Part shown: positions 40,794 to 49,961 of the stretch, in pieces
How positions within the stretch are numbered: the first letter of the stretch is position 1
Layout of the letters: each line of letters starts with the position of its first letter
Origin: Nannocystis bainbridge
GTDB taxonomy: Bacteria > Myxococcota_A > Polyangia > Nannocystales > Nannocystaceae
Assembly: GCF_028368995.1 (NCBI RefSeq)
Contig: NZ_JAQNDL010000004.1
Location: 691,882 to 755,881 of the forward strand
DNA: 64,000 bases
Direction: 5' to 3'
Position numbers and translations under genes: made by a program
Notes under the pieces: generated by a model
The model's database searches: none
What the model was told of the DNA's origin: nothing
What the model saw: the letters and a program-made list of their open reading frames with translations, nothing else

Positions 40794-41834
40794 ATGAGTT
40801 CTTCAAGTCCTCTCGGCATCTTCGAGCGCTACCTCAGCCTCTGGGTCGCGCTGTGCATCGGGGCGGGCGTCGCCCTCGGCAACCTCGCGCCGGGCTTGTT
40901 CGCGTTCGTTAGCAGCCTCGAAGTCGCCAGCGTCAACCTCGTCGTCGCCTTGCTGATCTGGGTGATGATCTACCCGATGATGATCCAGATCGATTTCGGC
41001 TCGCTGCGCGACGTGGGGCGCAGGCCGAAGGGCTTGATCGTCACGCTCGTGATCAACTGGCTGATCAAGCCGTTCACGATGGCCGGCCTCGCCAGCCTGT
41101 TCTTTCTCCACGTGTTCGCCGGCCTCATGCCCGAGGCGGAGGCCCGCGAGTACCTCGCCGGCGCGATCCTTCTCGGCGTCGCGCCATGCACGGCGATGGT
41201 GTTCGTGTGGAGTCAGCTCACCCGCGGCGACGCCAACTACACGCTCGTCCAGGTCGCGGTGAACGACTTGATCATGGTCGTCGCGTTCGCGCCGATCACC
41301 GCGCTCTTGCTCGGCGTCACCGACATCACCGTGCCCTGGACGACCCTGTTGCTGTCGGTCGTTCTCTACGTCGTGATCCCGCTCGTCGCCGGCGCATGGA
41401 CCCGGCGCGCGCTGACGGGGCACGAGCCCGCGGCGCTCGGCCGCTTCGTCGCCGCCCTCAAGCCCGTCTCCGTGCTCGGACTCCTCGGGACGGTAGTTCT
41501 GCTGTTCGGCTTCCAGGCGACGACCATCGTCGAGCGCCCGCTGACCATCGCGCTGATCGCCGTGCCCCTGCTGATCCAGGGCTATGGGATCTTCGGGCTG
41601 GCGTACTTGTGGGCGTGGGCCTGGCGCCTGCCGCATTCGGTCGCAGCGCCGGCCGCGCTGATCGGCACGTCCAATTTCTTCGAGCTCGCGGTCGCGGTCG
41701 CGATCGGGCTGTTCGGCCTCCAGTCGGGCGCCGCGCTCGCCACGGTCGTCGGCGTGCTCGTCGAGGTGCCGGTGATGCTGTCCCTGTGCGCCTTCGCCAA
41801 CCGAACCGCCCACCGCTTCGCCGCCGCCGCGTGA
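40794..41834 (+). CDS. acr3: Acr3-family arsenite efflux transporter
   Basis: [28 protein letters not shown] and [10 protein letters not shown]. Confidence 0.95.
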   Translation: MSSSSPLGIFERYLSLWVALCIGAGVALGNLAPGLFAFVSSLEVASVNLVVALLIWVMIYPMMIQIDFGSLRDVGRRPKGLIVTLVINWLIKPFTMAGLASLFFLHVFAGLMPEAEAREYLAGAILLGVAPCTAMVFVWSQLTRGDANYTLVQVAVNDLIMVVAFAPITALLLGVTDITVPWTTLLLSVVLYVVIPLVAGAWTRRALTGHEPAALGRFVAALKPVSVLGLLGTVVLLFGFQATTIVERPLTIALIAVPLLIQGYGIFGLAYLWAWAWRLPHSVAAPAALIGTSNFFELAVAVAIGLFGLQSGAALATVVGVLVEVPVMLSLCAFANRTAHRFAAAA

Positions 41835-41837
41835 CCC

Positions 41838-42263
41838 ATGAGCGTCCCCAACTTCACGAGCGTCCTGTTTCTCTGCGTCGCCAACTCGGCCCGTAGTCAG
41901 ATGGCCGAGGCCCTTGCGCGCGCCCGTTGGGGCGATCGCGTGCGTGTCACCAGCGCTGGCTCGCAACCCACACGCATCAACCCCTTCGCCATCGAAGTGA
42001 TGCGCGAGCGAGGCCTGGACCTCGGGTCTCACTACTCCAAGTCCGTGACGACGATCGATCCCGCCTCGGTCGACCTCGTAATCACCCTCTGCGCCGACGA
42101 GGTCTGCCCGCTGTTCCTGAGCAAGGCACCGCGCCTGCACTGGCCGCTTCCGGATCCCGCGAGCGATGATCCCTCGTTGACCCGCGACGACATGCTCGAA
42201 CGCTTCCGGCGCACCGCGGACGCGATCGAAACCTGCCTTCCTGAGCTCGACGGACGCGCCTAG
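41838..42263 (+). CDS. arsC: Arsenate reductase (LMWP-type)
   Basis: LFLCVANSARSQMAE, ITLC..EVCP and HWPLPDP. Confidence 0.93.
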   Translation: MSVPNFTSVLFLCVANSARSQMAEALARARWGDRVRVTSAGSQPTRINPFAIEVMRERGLDLGSHYSKSVTTIDPASVDLVITLCADEVCPLFLSKAPRLHWPLPDPASDDPSLTRDDMLERFRRTADAIETCLPELDGRA

Positions 42264-42434
42264 GTCGCCCGTCGCCGCGGCGAACCGCTGTCCACTCGAA
42301 CGACAGCGGCTTTCACGGCGCCACGTGCGGGGGGCCGATGGTGTACCGCGTTAGTTCGACAGGGCGCCGTGCAGGTTGCCGCGGCATTGCCCCCGGCGGG
42401 TGACATCGCCCGCTGCGCGAGGTACCTTGAGCGT

Positions 42435-43523
42435 ATGCGCCGCCTCGCGCTCGCCACGCTCGCCGCTCTCGCCGCCTGCAACAATGGTGAGGGGCCAGGG
42501 CCAGGATTCGGCTCGAGCATCACGACTGCGCCGCAGGGCACAAGCTCGAGCGGTGACGCGTCGACGTCGACCTCGACGTCGACGTCCACCAGCTCGGCGG
42601 AGGACTCGGCCGCGGCGTCGAACAGCTCCGCCAGCTCGGCGGGCTCTGGCATTCCGGACGGCGGTACGCCGCCGGACGGCGGCGACAAGCCACCGGCAGG
42701 CTGCATGGGCAAGGTCGATCTCGTGTTCTCGATCAGCTCGCGGTGGACGATGAAGGGCGCGCAGGATTGGCTCAAAGCGAGCTTTCCGGGCTTCGTCGAC
42801 ACGCTCGAGACCGAATTCGCCGGCTTCGACTATCACATCCTCACACCTCGTCAGTATGGCCCGCCGTGGGGAATCCCGGGCTGTGAAGACTGCGTCGACA
42901 CCTGCCCGAGCGGGCCGGAGGACTATCCGTGCGGAGCAGTGCTCGAGCCGTGCGACACGGTGCAGGGCGCGGGGATCACCTTCTCCGCAGGGTGGGACGC
43001 GAGCAACAAGCGGTGCGACCTGTCGGGCGGACACCGTTACATCGGCGCGGGACAGGCTGATCTGGACGACGCCTTCGCGTGTGTGGCGTCTGTCGGCACG
43101 AGCGGTGGCGGGTTGGTTGCTGAAGCTGCCGTCAGCGCACTAGAGGACGAGATCAACGCGCCGGCCGGCTGCAACGCGGGCTTCCTCCGCGATGACGCGC
43201 TCCTCGTGGTCGTCGCCATCGATGACACATGGGACGAGAAGAGCGAGGGCACGGCGAAAGACTGGGCCGACGCCCTGGTCGAGGCCAAGGGCGGCGACGC
43301 GGACGCGGTGGTGCTGCTCGTGATCACGAACGACATCGACGATCCGGACGGTCTGTGCGGCTACGAAGGAGTCCCCCCCGGCTATCACAAGCTCCGCACC
43401 TGGACGGAGCTGCTTCCCCATTCAGTGTTCGGCTCGATCTGCAACGACCAAGGCTACGCCGAGTACTTCGCCGCCGCGGCCGCGAAGATCAAGGCGCAGT
43501 GCGACGTGTTCGTGCCGCAGTGA
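42435..43523 (+). CDS. Cys-rich lipoprotein with degenerate VWA-like domain
   Basis: LAAC lipobox, Ser/Thr linker, KVDLVFSISS (divergent MIDAS-like), CNAGFLRDDALLVVV. Confidence 0.7.
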   Translation: MRRLALATLAALAACNNGEGPGPGFGSSITTAPQGTSSSGDASTSTSTSTSTSSAEDSAAASNSSASSAGSGIPDGGTPPDGGDKPPAGCMGKVDLVFSISSRWTMKGAQDWLKASFPGFVDTLETEFAGFDYHILTPRQYGPPWGIPGCEDCVDTCPSGPEDYPCGAVLEPCDTVQGAGITFSAGWDASNKRCDLSGGHRYIGAGQADLDDAFACVASVGTSGGGLVAEAAVSALEDEINAPAGCNAGFLRDDALLVVVAIDDTWDEKSEGTAKDWADALVEAKGGDADAVVLLVITNDIDDPDGLCGYEGVPPGYHKLRTWTELLPHSVFGSICNDQGYAEYFAAAAAKIKAQCDVFVPQ

Positions 43524-43527
43524 GCGC

Positions 43528-45210
43528 CTACGGGTAGAGGCGCAACGCGAACGCCCGCGGTTGCAGGTCGGCGAATTCGCTCCCCACGATGGACACGTGA
43601 CCCCAGGGACCGACAGCGAGTCCCGCGGCGTCATCGGGGCCCTTGCCCGGCCCGTTGCGGACGACCTCCCAGACGTGCCCGCCGAGCGGGCCAGGGATGG
43701 CGAAGATCCACGCGTCCATGTCGGTGGCCGGCTGCTTGCGCGAGCCGGCGATGATGATCTTGCCCTCGCGGTCCTCGCCGATCGCGTAGCCGATCGCGTC
43801 GCTCCCCGGCGTGGGCTCGACCCGCACGGGCCCGGGTTCCCCCGCGGCCGAGAACCAGCGTGTGAGCACCTGGCGGATCGTGAACAGGTCGCGCCCCCAC
43901 CCGGTGATGACAAATCCACCTCCCCGCAGCGGCGCGACGGCCATCCCGCCGTCTTCCGCGAGCTGTTCGCCGGGCGACGTCCACTCGCCAAGCGCTTCGC
44001 CCGCGAGCGAGTACCGCAGCACGATCGTCCGCCGATAGATCTTGTTGAAGTCGCCAACGATCTCGCGCTCGCCGACGACGATGACCTCGTCACCGACGAT
44101 GGCCACGCCGCGGCCGATCTCGTCCAGCTTGTTCGGCGGGTCATCGGCGAGAGACGCGGCGAAAGGCGCCTCGTGAAGCAGCGCTCCGTCCTCGGCCGCC
44201 AGCCACCATACCCGGAGGTCATGCGTGCCAGGCGACACCTCGAGCGCGCCGACGACGATCACGAAGGGGCCCGCGACCGTGACCGCGAGCGCTTTAGTCT
44301 TGAGGTCGCCCGTCGCCTTCCACTCGAACGACAACGGATCGTCGAGCCACACCTTGGACAACGCCCACGTCGGCCCGAGTTGCGTGGACGCGACGAACAC
44401 CGCGCCGTCGTCGCTGGCGGCGATCGCCGGTCCGCTCCCCGCGGACGCGAGCGCGACCTTACCGAGCGCGACCGGCCCCGCCTCGAGCTTGCCCGTCGCC
44501 CCATCGATCTTCACCGCGACCGCCTCGAGCCCCTGTTGAGTCTCGTAGAAGCCCGCGGCAGCGATCGCCGCGTCGTCGAGCAGCGTCGCGCTCGTGAAGC
44601 CGTTGATCGGCCCGACCTGCACGTAGGGCGGCCAGACGTCGGTGCCGCCGGGCGCGACGTCGATCGTCAGGTCCTTCTCGGCTTGCCCGCTCACGCCGTC
44701 GGCGGCATGCGCGACAGCGCGGATCGTGTGCGTGCCGTCGCCGGGGACGTTGTCCGACGTCACCTCGAACACGCAGACCGGATCCCCCGGCGTCGCGCCG
44801 AGTGCGAGGGGCACGTCGCCGTCGAACACGTCGATCGTCGCGACCGGCCGCGACGTTGACACCGTGACCTGCACCTCGCCGACCTTGTCCACCGACGATG
44901 GCGACAGGAACACCTCCACGTTGACCGGCAGGGCCTTTCCGTCGTCGGTGGTGGTGCCGGTCGCGCCGTCGCTCTCAGTCCCGCCGTCGGTCACCGACGC
45001 GCTCACCGACGTCGCTTCACCGATCGTCGCGCTCGTGTCTGCGGTGCTGGCCATCGTGTCGGCCGTCGTGCTCGCCGGGCTCGGTTCGTCGGTGGTCGAT
45101 CCGCTGGCTCCGTCGCTGATGGGGTAACCCCCACCCTGCTGCAGGAGCTGATCGAAGTCTCCCGCGCAGGCGGCGAGGACGGCGACGGACAGGAGCGTGC
45201 GGCGGACCAT
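43528..45210 (-). CDS. Lipoprotein with Ig-like and beta-propeller-like domains
   Basis: VLAAC lipobox, Thr linker, DGTHTIRAVA Ig-like strand, repeated beta-rich blades. Confidence 0.7.
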   Translation of the reverse strand: MVRRTLLSVAVLAACAGDFDQLLQQGGGYPISDGASGSTTDEPSPASTTADTMASTADTSATIGEATSVSASVTDGGTESDGATGTTTDDGKALPVNVEVFLSPSSVDKVGEVQVTVSTSRPVATIDVFDGDVPLALGATPGDPVCVFEVTSDNVPGDGTHTIRAVAHAADGVSGQAEKDLTIDVAPGGTDVWPPYVQVGPINGFTSATLLDDAAIAAAGFYETQQGLEAVAVKIDGATGKLEAGPVALGKVALASAGSGPAIAASDDGAVFVASTQLGPTWALSKVWLDDPLSFEWKATGDLKTKALAVTVAGPFVIVVGALEVSPGTHDLRVWWLAAEDGALLHEAPFAASLADDPPNKLDEIGRGVAIVGDEVIVVGEREIVGDFNKIYRRTIVLRYSLAGEALGEWTSPGEQLAEDGGMAVAPLRGGGFVITGWGRDLFTIRQVLTRWFSAAGEPGPVRVEPTPGSDAIGYAIGEDREGKIIIAGSRKQPATDMDAWIFAIPGPLGGHVWEVVRNGPGKGPDDAAGLAVGPWGHVSIVGSEFADLQPRAFALRLYP

Positions 45211-45305
45211 CGTTGCGAAGGTACCACGCGCGGGTCCGCGCGCGAAGCCGGGGCGCGACGTCCAGGCGCGTTGACGACGTTCTATTTCTGCCAAGGGGGT
45301 AGACC

Positions 45306-46220
45306 CTAGAAGCGCCCGAAAAGCGAAAGGCCGGCGCCCTGGGGCCCGCCGTAGGGCGCAAGACGGGCCCGGTCCGTCGTCGGGCGCAGCTTGCCGCGGG
45401 CGACCATGCCGATGCCGACAGCCCCGAGCACCGCCGCCGAGATTGCGAGGCCGATCTTGGCGCCCCGCGTCCACGTCCCCACGGATCCGAGGTCGCTCAT
45501 GCGCTGCGCCTGCTCCGGGGTCCGATGGCCCGCCTGTTCAATCTCGGCGATCAACGTCTCGAGGTCATTGAACGCCCCGGCGCGGCGGACCTGCACGGGG
45601 ATGATGGCGAGGGCGGCGAGGGCGGCCGTGCCAAGCAGGACCCCGCCGGCGATCGTCAGGCCGTTGGCGCGCGGAGGCGTGCGGCCCGTCGTCGGCGCTG
45701 TCATCGCGGGCGAAGGTTCGCGCGCCTGCTCGGGTTCCGCCACGGGGCCGGGCTTCGGCTCGGATGTCGGCTGCACGCAAGGGGGCGCGACGAAGCGCGC
45801 GTCGCCGCGTGCGGCCGCTTCAGCGTGCGAGGCGAGGCCGGCGCGCGCTTCGTCGCGGAAGTCCGTCGCCTCGGGCGGCGGGGTGTCCGTGCGCGCGAGG
45901 ACCCGCTCCGCGGTGGCGAGTAGTTGGCACAGGTGCGCGGCGTCGTTCGTGCGCTGGTACGCGACGCGGCGGGCGGTCACGGCGAGCGTGAGCAGATCGC
46001 CGAGGTCCTTGACGTCGGACGTGTCCGCGAGTCTCGACTCCACCAACTCGGCAGCGGTGATGAGCCGCTCGAGCGGCGCGAGGTTGTCGGTGGTGATCGT
46101 CGGGTCGGCCGCCGTGATCTCGTCGTTGATCTCGGCGTTGGTCGCCGTGGGCGACAGCGGCGGCGCCGCCAGGGTGGGCCCCGCAAGGACGAGGGAGAGC
46201 AAGGCGGCGCGCGCGGGCAT
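45306..46220 (-). CDS. Secreted helical protein with C-terminal hydrophobic hairpin and terminal-Phe strand
   Basis: Signal peptide MPARAALLSLVLAG, two Gly-rich hydrophobic segments, ends GAGLSLFGRF. Confidence 0.7.
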   Translation of the reverse strand: MPARAALLSLVLAGPTLAAPPLSPTATNAEINDEITAADPTITTDNLAPLERLITAAELVESRLADTSDVKDLGDLLTLAVTARRVAYQRTNDAAHLCQLLATAERVLARTDTPPPEATDFRDEARAGLASHAEAAARGDARFVAPPCVQPTSEPKPGPVAEPEQAREPSPAMTAPTTGRTPPRANGLTIAGGVLLGTAALAALAIIPVQVRRAGAFNDLETLIAEIEQAGHRTPEQAQRMSDLGSVGTWTRGAKIGLAISAAVLGAVGIGMVARGKLRPTTDRARLAPYGGPQGAGLSLFGRF

Positions 46221-46398
46221 GGGTTCGTTGTACCACCACGCCGGCCGAACGTGCTCCCGGCGTGGGTTGAAAGGGGGAGGATCGCGGCGGAACGAGGGGG
46301 TGAAGCGCGGCCGGGTGTGGGACGAAACGGGCCTGAAAATGGCAGGAAAGGCATTTAGGCGGTCTTTCTCGCCTGGGGCTGTGGCACTCTTGGCGACG

Positions 46399-48939
46399 AT
46401 GGACAGCCCCCTCACTCCACGCTCCGGGCCCAGGCCGACGTGGCCCATCTACAAGGAAGTAGGCGCGGACTTCATCGGCGAGCTACTCGACGGGCGCTAC
46501 AAGATCGTCCGGCGGCTGGCGAAGGGCGGCATGGCCCACGTGTTCCTGGCCAAGGATCTCACGCGCAAGTGCTACGTCGCGATCAAGCTCCTGCGCGCGT
46601 GCAGCCCGGAGGCGCACCGCCGCTTTGCGGTCGAGGCGGAGATCCTGAGCAACATTCAGCACGAGAACATCGTGCGCGCGATCGCGTTCGGTCACACGGC
46701 CGACGAACAGCCCTACATCGCCCTCGAGCACCTCGACGGCGAGACCTCGTCGCAGCGCCTCTCGCTCGGCCCCCTCCCATGGCGCGAGGTGGCCGAGATC
46801 GGCATGCAGATTGCCGACGCGTTGCATTCTCTGCATCGCGTCGGCGTGATCCACCGCGACGTCAAGCCGGACAACATCATCCTGACGACCGGCGCAGATC
46901 GATGCGTGGCGAAGCTGATCGACCTCGGCCTGGCGAGCGTCGGTGTTCCGTTCCACGAGGCCCAGGACGCGCGCTTCACCCCGCCCGTGATCCGTCACAA
47001 GACCCAGCTCGGCCGGGCGATCGGCACTCCCGATTACCTTCCGCCGGAGGCAGGGCTCTGCGACGCCAATCCGCTCCTGGACGTGTACCTGCTCGGCGCC
47101 ACGCTCTACCAGCTCTGCACCCAGCTCCTGCCGAAGCTGACAGGGCTCCGGCCGATCCACGAGGTGAACCCAAGCAGCGAGGCGCCGGAGGACTTTTCGC
47201 GACTCCTCCGCTCGGCGCTCGAGCCTGAGCCGAGCGATCGGCTGCCGTCCGCGGATCACCTGCGCCGCGGGCTCGAGGCGATCCTCGCGGCGCACCCGCA
47301 AACGTCGCGCCGAGACCTGTTCGGCGGCAGCTTCGACCGCTTGGAGGTCATCGGCGTCGGCGCGAGCGCGGTGGTCTTCCGCGCCTCCGATCGTTGGCTG
47401 TCACGCGAGGTCGCGCTCAAGGTGCTGCGCGACGCGAAGCCGAGCGAGGACGACGCGATCCGCTTCCACCGCGCGGCGAAGATCCTGTCCGCGCTGCGGC
47501 ACCCGAACATCCCGCAGATCCACCACTATGGGATTGAGGGCCGGGAGGCGTTCACGATCACGGAGCTGTGCCCGGGCTCGCCGGCGACGGATGTCGCGGG
47601 TCCCGACAAGCACCTGCGCTCCGACGAGGTCATCGCGGTCGGCCGCCAGCTAGCGAGCGCACTCATGGCCGTGCATGCGGTCGACGTCGTGTACCGCGAC
47701 CTGCACGCGGGCAACGTCTTGATCGCACGCGGAGAGAAGCCGCAGGCGTGGATCTTCGACTTCGACCACGCGCAGGTGTCGCCCGCGTTCTACGCCCACC
47801 TGACGGAGCGGTGGGCGACGCCGCCGGAGGCGCGCGCGGAGCCCAAGAGCGAGAAGCCGCTTCGCAACATGGACTACGCGGCGCCGGAGGTTCGCAGCGG
47901 TGGGGCGTTCACCGTGGCGAGCGACGTGTTTGCGCTCGGACTGATGCTCTACCGCCTGCTCACGGGCTTGCGCCCGTTCCCGCCGGGCGGCAGCGAACCT
48001 GTACCAGCACGCAAAGTGTGTCCCGAGTGCCCGCCCGGCCTCGAGTCCTTGCTCATCGCCATGGTGAACCCGAGCCCGAGCGGCCGGCCCAACCTGCAGG
48101 CCGTGGAGGAAGCGCTCGCGGCGCAAGAGGAGGAGCTTGAAGCCGTCAAGCGCGAGGAAGCCGAGGCCGAGCAGGAAGCCGCAGCGGCCGCGCCGACCGT
48201 CCCAATCGCGCAGGTCGTGTTGAGCGCGACGCCGGAGAGCGCACCCGTTACGAGCGTTGACGCGGTCGAAAGGCCAACACCTTCGCAAGCGACTACCGCC
48301 GCCGCAGAAGCGCCGCCCGTCGACCTGCCGATCGGCACGTCGCGCGTGACTCCCATCGCCCGGCGCGGCGGCATGTGGGGGCTCCTCGCGCTGATTTTTG
48401 CGGTCGCGGTTGGCGTGGTCGTGGGGCGCGTGACCGCGCCCGGCGATATCGCGGTGCAGCTTGCCGGCGACATGCAGGGCACCCAGGCGCAGGTGATGCC
48501 GTCGCCGACGCCGCCGCGCACTTCGACCGACGACGGGCCGACCAAGCCAGCGACCGCCGAGGTCGCGCCGATGAAGTCGCCGCACGAGGGGACGCCGCCG
48601 AAACCAGCCCAGACGACCGACACGACCGGCAAGCGAACACCGCCGCTACGCCGCACACAGCCGTCGCCGCGTGGCGCGGTGACGACGGCAGAAGCGACCG
48701 CCGCAGCACAAGGCGCCGTGCAAGCGCTGCGCGGTTGCAAGGACGTCCCCGGCGCCATCACGGCCGACCTCGACGTCGTTCGGGGCAAGGGCGCCGTGGT
48801 CACGCTCAACGCCCGCGCGCCGGCTCCCGACGATCCGCGCTACCCCTGGCACGCCTGCGCCCGCGATGCACTCGAGCGCGTTCGCTTCCCGGTGAGCGAG
48901 ATCGTCGGGCGCGTGCGTGTTCGCCTCCCGCTCGAGTAA
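46399..48939 (+). CDS. Membrane Ser/Thr protein kinase with two tandem kinase domains
   Basis: Domain 1: KGGMAHV, VAIK, HRDVKPDN, DLG, GTPDYLPPE. Domain 2: GVGASAVV, VALK, YRDLHAGN, DFD, YAAPE, SDVFALG. TM segment WGLLALIFAVAVGVVVG. Confidence 0.92.
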   Translation: MDSPLTPRSGPRPTWPIYKEVGADFIGELLDGRYKIVRRLAKGGMAHVFLAKDLTRKCYVAIKLLRACSPEAHRRFAVEAEILSNIQHENIVRAIAFGHTADEQPYIALEHLDGETSSQRLSLGPLPWREVAEIGMQIADALHSLHRVGVIHRDVKPDNIILTTGADRCVAKLIDLGLASVGVPFHEAQDARFTPPVIRHKTQLGRAIGTPDYLPPEAGLCDANPLLDVYLLGATLYQLCTQLLPKLTGLRPIHEVNPSSEAPEDFSRLLRSALEPEPSDRLPSADHLRRGLEAILAAHPQTSRRDLFGGSFDRLEVIGVGASAVVFRASDRWLSREVALKVLRDAKPSEDDAIRFHRAAKILSALRHPNIPQIHHYGIEGREAFTITELCPGSPATDVAGPDKHLRSDEVIAVGRQLASALMAVHAVDVVYRDLHAGNVLIARGEKPQAWIFDFDHAQVSPAFYAHLTERWATPPEARAEPKSEKPLRNMDYAAPEVRSGGAFTVASDVFALGLMLYRLLTGLRPFPPGGSEPVPARKVCPECPPGLESLLIAMVNPSPSGRPNLQAVEEALAAQEEELEAVKREEAEAEQEAAAAAPTVPIAQVVLSATPESAPVTSVDAVERPTPSQATTAAAEAPPVDLPIGTSRVTPIARRGGMWGLLALIFAVAVGVVVGRVTAPGDIAVQLAGDMQGTQAQVMPSPTPPRTSTDDGPTKPATAEVAPMKSPHEGTPPKPAQTTDTTGKRTPPLRRTQPSPRGAVTTAEATAAAQGAVQALRGCKDVPGAITADLDVVRGKGAVVTLNARAPAPDDPRYPWHACARDALERVRFPVSEIVGRVRVRLPLE

Positions 48940-49017
48940 GCGCTCAAGAGCGCGTCTTGACGTAGCGGTCGTAGGCGATGCCCAAGGCGCCTGTTCGTCG
49001 GGTCGCAGAGGAGCAGG

Positions 49018-49920
49018 CTACGAGCGGCCCCGAGACTGCATGACGATGGCCGCAGCACCCGCGCCCGCAGCGACGCACGACACGCCGAACAGGAGCTTGC
49101 GGCCGAGACCCCAGTCCTTCCGGGCGGACAGCTCGGCGAGCTCGGCCTGATCCTGCACGTAAAGTCGCTCGAGCTCGCGGTTCGCCTGCTTCAGTCTGGC
49201 GATCTCGGCTTCATCTTCCGCCCGGAGACGCTCGAGCGCGGCGTTCAAGCCGCGCAGTCTTTCGAGCTCGGCGGCGCCGTCTGCGAGCCGCTTCTCGAGC
49301 GCGACGTTCATCTCGTGGAGCCGACTGATACGCTCAGTCAACTCGGCCGCGAGCGCCTCGGCCTTCGCTTGCGCCGCGCGCTCGGCCGCCGCTGACATCG
49401 TGGGTGTCGGGTTCGGGACGGCCCACAGGTGGCGTGCCCTCGTCTCCTGCTTCACGGCCTCCACTTCCTCAATGCCGACGACGATCGCCTGCTCGACCTC
49501 CGCATCCATGAAGCTGACGAGCCCGAATTCCTGCTCGGCGCCCAGCGTAGCGACGAGACGATCGAACGTCGCCAGCGTGGGGTTCGGGTCGGGGTCGTTG
49601 AGAAGGCTGCTGAGCTGAGAGCGGTTGATGCCGGAGACCTTGGCGAGCGCCGACACGGTCAGAATCTGCTCGCGCGCGATGATCTCTCTGATCCGCCCAA
49701 CGACTGCGGCAGGCTTGTTGACCTCGATACCATGGAAGCGAGCTCCGGCCTTGTGCACGAGTTCGAGGTAAAGCCCTAGCTTCGGGTTTGGCTCGGGCTG
49801 ATCGAACAACGCGAGCACGTGGGCGGAGTTGTGTTCCGAGCGCTCCGCGAGCTCTTGCTTCGTCAAGCCCGAACGTCGCAGCCATCCCTCTAACTCCCCG
49901 AACCACCGACGCGTGCTCAT
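49018..49920 (-). CDS. Tandem XRE-type HTH protein with coiled coil and C-terminal membrane anchor
   Basis: Two units (GLTKQELAERS..PNPKLGLYLEL and TVSALAKVSGINRSQLSSLL..PNPTLATFDRL), heptad region, tail LLFGVSCVAAGAGAAAIVM. Confidence 0.85.
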   Translation of the reverse strand: MSTRRWFGELEGWLRRSGLTKQELAERSEHNSAHVLALFDQPEPNPKLGLYLELVHKAGARFHGIEVNKPAAVVGRIREIIAREQILTVSALAKVSGINRSQLSSLLNDPDPNPTLATFDRLVATLGAEQEFGLVSFMDAEVEQAIVVGIEEVEAVKQETRARHLWAVPNPTPTMSAAAERAAQAKAEALAAELTERISRLHEMNVALEKRLADGAAELERLRGLNAALERLRAEDEAEIARLKQANRELERLYVQDQAELAELSARKDWGLGRKLLFGVSCVAAGAGAAAIVMQSRGRS

Positions 49921-49961
49921 AGTCGTCCATCGTACGGCCCAGGGCACGCCGGTCAAGCACC

